The notes beneath the pieces are model-generated. The model was not told the origin of the DNA. It saw nothing but the letters and a program-made list of their open reading frames with translations, and made no database searches. Made by a program: the position numbers and the translations under genes. Shown piece by piece: positions 52,269 through 60,578 of a stretch of DNA of 64,000 bases (position 1 is the first letter of the stretch; every line of letters starts with the position of its first letter). The stretch is from an uncultured bacterium (GTDB taxonomy: Bacteria; Patescibacteriota; Minisyncoccia; Phycocordibacterales; PALSA-1337): positions 241,117 through 305,116 of the forward strand of contig CAIMDG010000002.1 of assembly GCA_903839725.1 (NCBI GenBank), given 5' to 3'.

Positions 52269-53531
52269 ATGCGTTATTATCTCGCAGTACTTTTTACTCT
52301 CGTAGCATTCGGCCTCCCTTGGGTTGCTATTCAATATCCCGACGCAACATCAAGTGTAGTACGTGCCCTTGAAGACGTCGGTAGTCAGCTTGCAGCGGTG
52401 ATCCTATCTCACAATCCAAAATCTATTGTTGAAATCCAGTCAAAATATGTTGCAGTATCCACTCCAGCCGCACCAAAAGTTCGTATTCTGATTGTTCCAG
52501 GTCATGAACCTGATTTCGGGGGAGCGGAATACAGTACTCTCAAGGAAAGAGATATGACAGTAATGCTTGCTGATAATCTCGCAGCATTTCTCAATAGAAA
52601 TACTCATTATCAAGTATTCCAAACACGCTCGTATCATTCATGGAATCCTGACTTTGAAACATACTTTACTAATTCGTGGGACGACATTGTCGCGTGGTCG
52701 AAAGCTTCACACGCAGAATTTTCACAATTAGTTTCAGCAGGCACGGTCAAAAAAAGTGCACCAGTGATATATCACAATAGGGCACCTGAGAAAGTTGCCA
52801 CACATCTGTTTGGTATTACCAAATGGGCAAATGAAAATAATATCGACATTACTATTCACGTTCACTTCAACGATGTCCCTGGTCACAGCCGGAATAGTCC
52901 TGGAAAAAATACAGGATTCTCTATCTATGTCCCTCAAAAACAATATTTGAATAGCACCACCACCAAGGCTGTTGCAGAAACTGTATTCAAACGTCTCGCA
53001 AAATATAACGGAGTGAGTGATTTGGCGGGGGAGTCTGCGGGAATAGTCGAAGAACCAGATCTCATTGCTATCGGGGTTAATAATACATCTGATGCCGCAA
53101 GTTTACTTATAGAATATGGATATATATACGAACCTCAATTTACTAACCCAGACACACAGCCTCTAGCGATACAGGATCTCGCATTTCAAACATATTTAGG
53201 ACTTGAAGATTTCTTTGGTGCGCAAGCGGGAGTATCTTTTGGGTATGATACATTGATGATTCCTCACCAGTGGAATACGACAATTACAAAAAAAGAGGCA
53301 CCAACAGAAGATGTGTTCGCACTTCAGACAGCATTGTTACTTGAAGGTACATATCCGCCAAGTAATAGAAGTATGAATGATTGTCCTCGATCAGGAACAT
53401 TTGGTCCTTGTACCAAAGCAGCTCTCGATTCATTCCAAAAAAAATATAATATTACTTCAGAAAAAGAAATAGTTGGTCCACAAACACTCAATATTTTAAA
53501 TAATTTGTACTCCGTGAAGTCTATTAACTAA
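52269..53531 (+). CDS. N-acetylmuramoyl-L-alanine amidase (Amidase_3-like) with a C-terminal peptidoglycan-binding domain
   Basis: Signal/TM start, amidase_3-like region (ILIVPGHEPDFGGAEY ... HVHFNDV), C-terminal PG_binding_1-like region (DVFALQTALLLEG ... PCTKAALDSFQKKYNI). Confidence 0.55.
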   Translation: MRYYLAVLFTLVAFGLPWVAIQYPDATSSVVRALEDVGSQLAAVILSHNPKSIVEIQSKYVAVSTPAAPKVRILIVPGHEPDFGGAEYSTLKERDMTVMLADNLAAFLNRNTHYQVFQTRSYHSWNPDFETYFTNSWDDIVAWSKASHAEFSQLVSAGTVKKSAPVIYHNRAPEKVATHLFGITKWANENNIDITIHVHFNDVPGHSRNSPGKNTGFSIYVPQKQYLNSTTTKAVAETVFKRLAKYNGVSDLAGESAGIVEEPDLIAIGVNNTSDAASLLIEYGYIYEPQFTNPDTQPLAIQDLAFQTYLGLEDFFGAQAGVSFGYDTLMIPHQWNTTITKKEAPTEDVFALQTALLLEGTYPPSNRSMNDCPRSGTFGPCTKAALDSFQKKYNITSEKEIVGPQTLNILNNLYSVKSIN

Positions 53532-54093
53532 GTACTTTGAGCGCAGCTTTGACCTTGGCACCTGTGTCAGTGATATCTTTGTGTACTTTTTTGAGTGCCT
53601 CGCGAGCCTCGTTCGCATCATATCCGAGAGCTTTGAGGGCTTCGATTGCGTCCGCATCGGCAGACATACCTGCTGACATATCTTCTCCGGAAATACCTCC
53701 GAGCTTGTCGCGTAATTCAAGGACAATCTTTTCTGCAGTTTTTCTACCAATACCTGAAACTTTGACCAAGTGAGCTGTTGAACCAGAACGGATAGCGCTT
53801 GCGAGAGTGTCACTTGATACTATTGAAAGTATATTCAATGCACTCTTCGGGCCAATACCAGAAATGGAAATAAGTAGTTCAAAAAAGTCCTTTTCTTTTC
53901 TACTAGTGAATCCGTATAAGTCGAGAGCATCTTCACGTACAACGAGATGAGTAAGAAGGGTGGCCTCGGCGCCGATTTTGAGCATATGTAATGACTCGTC
54001 AGTGACGAATACTTTATAGCCAAGTCCATTGATATCTATGGATACATAGCGATTGCCCAATTCAAGTACATTTCCTCGTATAGATGAGATCAT
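53524..54093 (-). CDS. ruvA: Holliday junction DNA helicase subunit RuvA
   Basis: MISSIRGNVLE start, OB fold, two HhH motifs (ISGIGPKSALNIL; VSGIGRKTAEKIV), C-terminal domain III. Confidence 0.85.
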   Translation of the reverse strand: MISSIRGNVLELGNRYVSIDINGLGYKVFVTDESLHMLKIGAEATLLTHLVVREDALDLYGFTSRKEKDFFELLISISGIGPKSALNILSIVSSDTLASAIRSGSTAHLVKVSGIGRKTAEKIVLELRDKLGGISGEDMSAGMSADADAIEALKALGYDANEAREALKKVHKDITDTGAKVKAALKVLS

Positions 54094-54168
54094 AGGCCTA
54101 TTATAGCAGGTTTCTTTACTTTTTCTCGATATCATGATAAGTTCTTGGTACGTAAAACATATATAACC

Positions 54169-54432
54169 ATGCCTATTACCTCATCAGCCAAGAAAGCTCT
54201 CCGCGCCTCAAAGAAGAAGCGTGTTTTTAATATTCGTCGTAGTAATGCTATCGAGAGAGAAATGAAGGATTTTCGTCGTTTGATCGCCGCAAAGAAGGTT
54301 GCTGATGCAACAAAGCTCGTTCCTGCTATTTATCAAGCTCTTGATAAGGCAGTAAAGACCAATCTCATCAAAGCCAACACTTCATCACGTACCAAATCTC
54401 GCGTGATGGCAGCACTCAAGCGTGCAGCATAA
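54169..54432 (+). CDS. rpsT: 30S ribosomal protein S20
   Basis: MPITSSAKKALRASKKKRVFNIRR matches the S20 N-terminus. Start placed at MPIT; the ORF track starts at 54145. Confidence 0.8.
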   Translation: MPITSSAKKALRASKKKRVFNIRRSNAIEREMKDFRRLIAAKKVADATKLVPAIYQALDKAVKTNLIKANTSSRTKSRVMAALKRAA

Positions 54433-54437
54433 GGATT

Positions 54438-54519
54438 TAGTTTACAGTTGTAAGTTTACAATGAAAAGTTGTGGCACATGTGCAACAACTTTTCATTTTG
54501 CATTTTTCACTGTAAACTA
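54438..54519. repeat. Gene-less ~80-bp imperfect palindrome whose outer arms (tagtttacagt / actgtaaacta) match the inverted-repeat ends of the four-helix-bundle cassette at 38307-38780
   Basis: Left arm ttagtttacagttgtaagtttacaatgaaaagttgtggcacatg, right arm catgtgcaacaacttttcattttgcatttttcactgtaaactag. The shared motif ataaggat(t)agtttacag occurs at both loci. Confidence 0.5.
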
Positions 54520-54527
54520 GTTTAATT

Positions 54528-54599
54528 GCCCTCGTCGTTCAATGGATAGGACGCAAGATTGCGGATCTTGCAATGTAGGTTCGATTCCTACCGGGGGCA
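54528..54599 (+). tRNA. tRNA-Arg (anticodon GCG by hand fold; check with tRNAscan)
   Basis: Acceptor GCCCTCG/CGGGGGC (one G.U), anticodon stem CAAGA/TCTTG, loop TTGCGGA, T-loop TTCGATT. Homologous to the tRNA-Arg at 60224. Confidence 0.7.
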
Positions 54600-54650
54600 C
54601 AACAGGGGAAAGTTAAAAGTCTAAAGAAAAAAAGGTATAATCTACATACC

Positions 54651-55460
54651 ATGTTAGAACAGGCACCACAATCATATCAAGAAATATATCGTGAACGATT
54701 TGATAATGATCACATAATAGGGAATACTTTTTCTTTTGATGATCCAGATCAAGGTAAATCAACTGTTTTAAAAATAAGTAAACTCAATAGTATTTTAGGT
54801 GAAGGTGCGTACGCATCTTGGGTTGCAGATGTTGATGTGGAGCTTGCCGGCGATTCTGGAACAGAAAAGAAGACTCATCGTATGGCCCTAAAGAAGTATC
54901 GTGAAAATGAACCGCGTGTTGATGAACATGTTCAACAGTCATATAAAAATTTTCGTTTACTTAAATCAAAGGGAATAGCGACGTGGGATACCTATCGAAT
55001 CAATCAGGAACATAAGCTCGCACTGATGACACTAGGTGCTCGCAATGAAGGTGTGCTTGTTACTGTAAATGACAAAGGAGAACATGCAAGCAAAGAAGTC
55101 TTTGAAAAGAATCCCATGGATGCAGTAGCCAATTTCGGTGAATTTATTTCTCAAACAAAATCAATCATCGCTAAGTTACGTGAGCACGTATTACGTGTGA
55201 ATACAGATGCGTGGGGCATTGAGTTTGTTCCTGTTGAGGGAAAACCAGGGGCGTATAAGCTTCGATTGCTTGTAGCCGATCTCGATGGGATTGATACCTC
55301 AGATAATCCATACAATATTGAGAATTACGGTGCGGATATACAAGACGCATGGAATAGAGAAAATTTATATTTTTTACATATTGCTCTTCGGGGAATTTTA
55401 CCAGGAGACAAAAAAGAAAAAGAAGCATTTGCTGATGTTGTTGTACACAAGAGTATGTAA
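54651..55460 (+). CDS. Protein-kinase-like fold protein (atypical; possible small-molecule or protein phosphotransferase)
   Basis: Gly-rich loop LGEGAYAS, putative VAIK-like Lys (MALKKY), catalytic-loop-like VNTDAWG and a DFG-like DLDG about 26 aa later. Weak, pattern-based. Confidence 0.3.
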   Translation: MLEQAPQSYQEIYRERFDNDHIIGNTFSFDDPDQGKSTVLKISKLNSILGEGAYASWVADVDVELAGDSGTEKKTHRMALKKYRENEPRVDEHVQQSYKNFRLLKSKGIATWDTYRINQEHKLALMTLGARNEGVLVTVNDKGEHASKEVFEKNPMDAVANFGEFISQTKSIIAKLREHVLRVNTDAWGIEFVPVEGKPGAYKLRLLVADLDGIDTSDNPYNIENYGADIQDAWNRENLYFLHIALRGILPGDKKEKEAFADVVVHKSM

Positions 55461-55486
55461 CAAAAATACCGATCTCTCGGTATTTT

Positions 55487-55954
55487 TTAGAAGCCAAATT
55501 TCTCGAGTATCTTCTTGAGTATAGGTTCGTAGTGTTCTGTTTCTGCAATATATCGAAGAAGGATTTCACGAACTTTCTCAGGGTCAATATTTTCATCGAT
55601 ATAGATCACGATAAGAGGCATGAATGTCTTACTCGACTTCAAAATAAGTTTTGCAGGAAGTTCATCGTGTGGTACCCAGAATGAATCAAGCGATAAGAAA
55701 GGGTAGAGTACTTTGTCGAGAATGATGCCGCGGTCATTGATCTCGCAGTACAGCTCATGTGGTGGGTGTGAGGCGTGAAGTACCAATGCCCCCGCTGCCA
55801 CAATCACGAGTACGCCACTGATGATGTCACCAAATATAAAAGCAACGACTGCAAGTGCAAGCGCAATAATACCAACTGACCAATACCAGTCAGAAGTTTT
55901 TTCTACGTAGAGGTGCGATGGAGCGTTCCAAGAGATGAGAGCTTCAGTTGCCAT
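55487..55954 (-). CDS. Hypothetical membrane protein
   Basis: Two TM helices (WYWSVGIIALALAVVAFIFG; ISGVLVIVAAGALVL); 155 aa. Confidence 0.4.
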   Translation of the reverse strand: MATEALISWNAPSHLYVEKTSDWYWSVGIIALALAVVAFIFGDIISGVLVIVAAGALVLHASHPPHELYCEINDRGIILDKVLYPFLSLDSFWVPHDELPAKLILKSSKTFMPLIVIYIDENIDPEKVREILLRYIAETEHYEPILKKILEKFGF

Positions 55955-56000
55955 GAAAGAATTATAGCATTCATTTTTTATTAGTGCTGTGTATAAACAG

Positions 56001-56108
56001 AAACATACGACTGCACAATAAGGCTTTCTGTAGTGCGCCGAGGATGGGTAGCCAGCGATGAGCGCCCGCAGGCGACGGAAGAAAGCCTTATTGTGCAGTC
56101 GTATGTTT
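56001..56108 (-). repeat. Family-3 GC-rich structured repeat, copy 2: a 26-28-bp perfect inverted repeat (acatacgactgcacaataaggctttc / gaaagccttattgtgcagtcgtatgt) enclosing a 52-nt GC-rich core
   Basis: Core tgtagtgcgccgaggatgggtagccagcgatgagcgcccgcaggcgacgga is the reverse complement of the conserved segments of 36268-36366. Confidence 0.65.
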
Positions 56109-56209
56109 ATGCAAAAAACATTCTTAGCTAACTATCCCATTTGAAAATAATCCCAAACTATGTCAGTATTTCCTGACGCTCCTACGCTATAGCTTCGGAG
56201 TGGAGACCT

Positions 56210-56296
56210 GGATGGGTGGCTGAGTGGTCTAAGGCAACGGTCTTGAAAACCGTCGCCCTCGCAAGGGGGCCGTGAGTTCGAATCTCACCCCATCCG
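56210..56296 (+). tRNA. tRNA-Ser (anticodon TGA), long variable arm
   Basis: Acceptor GGATGGG/CCCATCC, anticodon loop CTTGAAA, variable arm TCGCCCTCGCAAGGGGGCC, T-loop TTCGAAT. Confidence 0.85.
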
Positions 56297-56297
56297 C

Positions 56298-56684
56298 ATG
56301 AGAATACTTGGAATCGATTATGGTTCAAAACGCATAGGTATTGCAGTGTCCGATGAAGCGGCACAATTTGCATTACCAGTGAGTGTAGTTAAAAATTCTG
56401 ACACGGCAATATCGGAGATAGTAGAAATTGCTCGCCAGCATGCAATTCAAGAAATTGTCATGGGCGAATCTCGGAACTACAAGGGTGAACCAAATACTAT
56501 TTTTCTCGACAGCCTTACATTCAAGGGACTACTCGAAAAAGAAGGGTATACAGTTCGTCTTGAACCAGAATTTATGACAAGCATGAATGCGGAACGATTC
56601 CAGGGCAAGAATGAATTGCACGATGCATCAGCTGCGGCACTTATATTACAAAGTTTTTTGGATACACGAAGAAATAGTGCATAA
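56298..56684 (+). CDS. ruvX: Putative pre-16S rRNA nuclease / Holliday junction resolvase-like protein RuvX (YqgF)
   Basis: MRILGIDYGSKRIGIAVSDE is the YqgF N-terminal consensus. Confidence 0.85.
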   Translation: MRILGIDYGSKRIGIAVSDEAAQFALPVSVVKNSDTAISEIVEIARQHAIQEIVMGESRNYKGEPNTIFLDSLTFKGLLEKEGYTVRLEPEFMTSMNAERFQGKNELHDASAAALILQSFLDTRRNSA

Positions 56685-56693
56685 TATACACAT

Positions 56694-57095
56694 ATGATTT
56701 CATACGATGATTTTAAAAAAGTAGAAATTCGTGCAGGAAAAATACTTTCAGCGGAAAAAATTCCTGACACTGACAAGCTCTTGGAGCTATCAGTTGATTT
56801 TGGGGAGACCAAAGAAGTTGCTCCTATTGCCGTAGAAGGTGATGTAATCCCAACTGATGCCCCCGTTCCAGTAAAGGTTCCTGCTCCACGTCAGATTGTC
56901 TCTGGTATATCAATGCATTTTCCTGATCCAGCCGTGCTTGTAGGTAAGACGTGTATGTTCGTCGCTAATCTCGAACCCCGAACAATCCGTGGTTTTGAAA
57001 GTAACGGTATGATATTTGCTGTTTCAACTCCTGAAGGCGGTTTTTCATTACTTGAGCCCAATGCGTCAATTCCTCCGGGCACAAAGGCTGCATAA
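56694..57095 (+). CDS. tRNA-binding domain protein (CsaA/EMAP-like OB fold)
   Basis: FKKVEIRAGKILSAEKIPDTDKLLELSVDFGE ... IVSGISMHFPDPAVLVGKTCMFVANLEPRTIRG matches the tRNA-binding arm pattern. Confidence 0.55.
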   Translation: MISYDDFKKVEIRAGKILSAEKIPDTDKLLELSVDFGETKEVAPIAVEGDVIPTDAPVPVKVPAPRQIVSGISMHFPDPAVLVGKTCMFVANLEPRTIRGFESNGMIFAVSTPEGGFSLLEPNASIPPGTKAA

Positions 57096-57098
57096 TAT

Positions 57099-57710
57099 AT
57101 GTCTATTTCTGCATTCATCAATCCTGAGACGATTATCTCTACGTTAGGAACGCTTGGAGTCATCACGATCATATTCCTTGAGACTGGGGTTTTCTTTGGT
57201 TTCTTTTTTCCAGGAGATACTCTGCTTTTTACTGCTGGGTATCTATCGATTCATGGCTATGTATCACTGCCCGTTCTTCTTGTTGGTGCATGTATCGCTG
57301 CGATAGTAGGGGATACCGTTGGGTATGCATTCGGAAAGAAGATTGGTCCTGCATTATTTACAAAAGAAAATTCAGTTCTTTTTGATAAGAAGCATATCCT
57401 CCGTGCGCAATCGTTTTATGAATTATATGGAAAGAAGACTATTATTTTGGCACGATTCTTGCCCATAATTAGAACATTTGCCCCTATTGTTGCCGGTGTT
57501 GGAAATATGAAATATAGAACTTTCATTACGTACAATGTTATTGGAGGTTGTTTGTGGACATGGCTCATGTTGCTATTGGGCTATGGATTTGGCTCAGTAA
57601 TTCCAAATCCTGATAGATATATCATTCCCGTCATTATCGTCATTATGCTTGTTTCAGCCGCACCAGCACTTCGTGAGATATTCAAGAAAAGAAAGGATAT
57701 ACACCGATAA
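57099..57710 (+). CDS. DedA-family membrane protein
   Basis: LETGVFFGFFFPGDTLLFTAGYL is the SNARE-associated/DedA signature. Confidence 0.7.
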   Translation: MSISAFINPETIISTLGTLGVITIIFLETGVFFGFFFPGDTLLFTAGYLSIHGYVSLPVLLVGACIAAIVGDTVGYAFGKKIGPALFTKENSVLFDKKHILRAQSFYELYGKKTIILARFLPIIRTFAPIVAGVGNMKYRTFITYNVIGGCLWTWLMLLLGYGFGSVIPNPDRYIIPVIIVIMLVSAAPALREIFKKRKDIHR

Positions 57711-57755
57711 CATACTTCATGTTTGTGGCTCTTGTAGTATAATTGACGCATGCAC

Positions 57756-58709
57756 ATGTCTGTCTTTGATACATTATTCCCCGCACCTCGATTTCTCGTG
57801 ATGGATCACGCAGGCTTGGAGATATCAGACGACTCTATACGTTGCGTACAATTTGCTCGAACTATTCATGGAATGAGAATTAAAAAATATGCTTCGATGG
57901 ATATTCCAGCGGGTATTATTGAAGGAGGAGATATCAAGAATGAAGCGGAATTCAAGAGAATTCTTACGGAATTCGATGAAAAAAATGATTTGTCGTACGT
58001 AAAAGTTTCTATACCTGAAGAAAAGGCGTACATGTTCCAAACTGATGTACCTAGTACCGATCCTCACATCGCAACTCAGAATATTGAATTCAAGCTCGAG
58101 GAAAACGTTCCACTCTCTGCAGCGGATGCGGTATTTTATTTTGATTTGATCCCCGCAGCTCTTACGGGAGGAGCAATTCGAGCGAGTGTATCAGTTGTTC
58201 CTCGAAGTTACATTGAACGATACATACACATACTTCGAGAATGTGATATTTTTCCAATTGCATTTGAAGTTATCCCGACAGCAGTGGCTCGCTCAGTCGC
58301 TTCTCCTGATATGTCCACGACGGAGCTCATAGTTCATGGCATGAAGAATAAGACGGGCATATATATCATTTCTGGAGGCGTGGTGACATTCACCTCAACT
58401 GTTGACTACGGTAGTAGTACAGCACCTGAAGCGTATAGTGACTTGCTTGCCAAAGAAATAACACGAGTCAATTCGTATTGGTTGTCTCGAACAGGTATTC
58501 ATCCCAATATACAAAGAGTAGTTTTGACAGGAAGTGGCGTATCGGGATATCGAGCGACTTTGACCACTGCAATTACGGGAATCATTCCACATATCGAAGT
58601 TGCACAGGTATGGTCGCATGTATTGGATCTTGCTACATACACCCCACCTATAGTTCAGGAAGAATCTTTGAATTACGCTGTCGCGGCAGGACTTGGTTTA
58701 GATTCATAA
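57756..58709 (+). CDS. pilM: Type IV pilus assembly protein PilM-like (actin-like ATPase fold)
   Basis: ~318 aa with a PilM-like N-terminus (LVMDHAGLEISDDSIRCVQF) and an actin-fold pattern; followed by PilN/PilO-like single-TM proteins. The ORF track starts at 57750. Confidence 0.55.
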   Translation: MSVFDTLFPAPRFLVMDHAGLEISDDSIRCVQFARTIHGMRIKKYASMDIPAGIIEGGDIKNEAEFKRILTEFDEKNDLSYVKVSIPEEKAYMFQTDVPSTDPHIATQNIEFKLEENVPLSAADAVFYFDLIPAALTGGAIRASVSVVPRSYIERYIHILRECDIFPIAFEVIPTAVARSVASPDMSTTELIVHGMKNKTGIYIISGGVVTFTSTVDYGSSTAPEAYSDLLAKEITRVNSYWLSRTGIHPNIQRVVLTGSGVSGYRATLTTAITGIIPHIEVAQVWSHVLDLATYTPPIVQEESLNYAVAAGLGLDS

Positions 58710-58713
58710 TTAT

Positions 58714-59256
58714 ATGAGACACACACTTATACCAACTGAAGAGAAAAAGGCATTACATCGAGAATATCATATACGATTGTTTGTAGTGGCTTTGTTCGCA
58801 CTTTCAGCGGTTAGTATTATTGGCATGGTCGGTCTTTTCCCAGCATTCATGGAAGCTTCAGTCGAAGAAGTCTCCCAAATTCACGTAGTTGGTTCACTCG
58901 CTGAACAACAAAAGAATGATCAAACTAGCCAATTTAAAGATGAATTAATAGCGGCAAAAAATATTAGTCTCGGACTTTCTTCACAGATCAAGACGTCACT
59001 CCTGTCTGATGCTGTTATCGCAGTAGTTGCGGCTCGTGGAGATGCAATCATATCTTCGATTTCAGCAATGCGTAATGCAAGTTCAACCGTGATCGTCTCA
59101 GTGCAGGGTAGTGCATCCACACGTAAGGTATTGTTGGCCTTTGAAGATAAAATAAAATCAACAATTTCAGGTGTGACGGTTGTCGTTCCTCCAGAAGAAT
59201 TGGTACAGGCCAAGAATGTGAAGTTTTCGTTTAAAGTATATTTTGACACACCATGA
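58714..59256 (+). CDS. PilN-like single-pass membrane protein
   Basis: N-terminal TM LFVVALFALSAVSIIGMVGLFPAF; 180 aa; position in the pilM operon. Confidence 0.4.
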   Translation: MRHTLIPTEEKKALHREYHIRLFVVALFALSAVSIIGMVGLFPAFMEASVEEVSQIHVVGSLAEQQKNDQTSQFKDELIAAKNISLGLSSQIKTSLLSDAVIAVVAARGDAIISSISAMRNASSTVIVSVQGSASTRKVLLAFEDKIKSTISGVTVVVPPEELVQAKNVKFSFKVYFDTP

Positions 59257-59828
59257 AATCAGTAACTATTTCACAACATAAAAAGTTAATAGTAATTGCA
59301 TGCGTAGCATGTGTTGTTCTGGTTGCGTTGTATGCATATATGTATTACAGCGTAAATATTGCAACCGAACGAGCAGTTGCTGCAAAAGTCCTTATTCAAG
59401 AACATACCTTCAGTGATGCGAATGCGAATAAAATAAAAAAACTGTACCAAACTACCGAAAAACAGCGTGCAGATATACTGAAGCACGTTATACCTTCAAA
59501 TAAAATGCTTACATTTATTGAAACACTCGAGGCAGTGGGGGATGAGGCAGGGAGTACACTCACATTGTCTGCGGTAAGTGGTAGTAAAATGAGTGATACA
59601 GTTCCTACAGGAATGGAGCTCTTCCACGCACATGCAAATGTTTCAGGTTCATGGTCATCAGTGATGCAAACCTTGATGCTTGCTGAGGCACTACCATTCG
59701 TTACTGTGCTTGATTCAGTTCAGCTTGATACTTCAGCTACGGCAGGTACAAAAAATACCCACAGATGGCAGGCTTCATTCGACATTACTATGCTTGCCAG
59801 TCTCGCAACTTCAACCCCACAAAAATAA
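59253..59828 (+). CDS. PilO-like single-pass membrane protein
   Basis: TM LIVIACVACVVLVALYAYMYY, coiled coil, C-terminal domain; 4-nt overlap with the previous gene. Confidence 0.4.
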   Translation: MKSVTISQHKKLIVIACVACVVLVALYAYMYYSVNIATERAVAAKVLIQEHTFSDANANKIKKLYQTTEKQRADILKHVIPSNKMLTFIETLEAVGDEAGSTLTLSAVSGSKMSDTVPTGMELFHAHANVSGSWSSVMQTLMLAEALPFVTVLDSVQLDTSATAGTKNTHRWQASFDITMLASLATSTPQK

Positions 59829-59829
59829 C

Positions 59830-60168
59830 ATGCACATGTTCCACCCTACATCTTCACAAGCACCTACCATTCCTTCATCGGTTTCTTCATGGAAATCATT
59901 CGGTCATCGGATAGGGCGCGACCCATTCACTGACTGGGCAACTGTTATTGCAACTTCAGTCGTACTTATTATTGTAAGTGTTGTTGTTGGAATAAATATC
60001 TACTTCAGTGTTGAGGCGACATTGAATCAAGTTCCAGATGATCAATTCCAAGCTGCTATCGTCAAGCCGGATGTATTCAAACAAGTGCTTACGAGCTTCG
60101 ATGAACGTGCTCAAAAGTATTCAACAATACTTCATGGTTACAATGGGCCACGAGATCCTTCGATGTAG
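59830..60168 (+). CDS. Small single-pass membrane protein (pilus operon, hypothetical)
   Basis: Start placed at MHMFHPTSS; TM ATVIATSVVLIIVSVVVGINIYF. Confidence 0.3.
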   Translation: MHMFHPTSSQAPTIPSSVSSWKSFGHRIGRDPFTDWATVIATSVVLIIVSVVVGINIYFSVEATLNQVPDDQFQAAIVKPDVFKQVLTSFDERAQKYSTILHGYNGPRDPSM

Positions 60169-60223
60169 AGAAGATCTCGCATTTATTGGTGATTTTTGAA
60201 AGGTGTGCTAACTTTTGTGTATC

Positions 60224-60295
60224 GCCCTTGTAGTTCAATGGATAGAACTGCGGACTTCTAAGCCGTCGATGTTGGTTCGATTCCAACCAAGGGCA
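60224..60295 (+). tRNA. tRNA-Arg (anticodon TCT)
   Basis: Acceptor GCCCTTG/CAAGGGC, anticodon loop CTTCTAA, T-loop TTCGATT. Confidence 0.8.
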
Positions 60296-60306
60296 CAACG
60301 TTAAAC

Positions 60307-60344
60307 AACCACTAGCGAGCCAAGCAGTTGGCTCGCTAGTGGTT
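60307..60344. terminator. 15-bp perfect hairpin (aaccactagcgagcc-aagcagtt-ggctcgctagtggtt) between convergent tRNA genes
   Basis: Hand-paired. The 32-nt 3' half recurs exactly at about 62022-62052. Confidence 0.55.
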
Positions 60345-60355
60345 ATATTATGTAG

Positions 60356-60428
60356 TGCGCGATGCAGGACTTGAACCTGCGACCTTCTCTGTGTAAAAGA
60401 GTTGCTCTACCAACTGAGCTAATCGCGC
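60356..60428 (-). tRNA. tRNA-Val (anticodon TAC)
   Basis: Reverse complement gives GCGCGATTAGCTCAGTTGGTAGAGCAACTCTTTTACACAGAGAAGGTCGCAGGTTCAAGTCCTGCATCGCGCA, with anticodon loop TTTACAC. Confidence 0.8.
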
Positions 60429-60578
60429 GAATTTCGCATAGTTTAGTAATAATTATATATTATTACTGATTCTTGCGAAATTCGGATCGGACAATTTCTT
60501 TTGGCGAAGCCTAAAGAAATTTCCGACCAGAATTTCACTTAAATTGCGAACAAGGCTACTTTAGCGTATATTCTCTCT

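Noticed and set aside
5910-52334. ORFs 5910..6119(-), 50806..51114(-), 50841..51119(-), 50940..51134(+), 51053..51385(+) and 51984..52334(-) sharing peptides such as IPSGISSHY or IMRRYPAGNV
   Set aside because: The shared peptides come from nucleotide-level conservation of the family-1 repeat read in arbitrary frames; no start codons or RBS; they overlap the repeats and real genes.
56182-56373. 63-aa minus-strand ORF overlapping tRNA-Ser
   Set aside because: It overlaps a confidently folded tRNA and the ruvX start; spurious.
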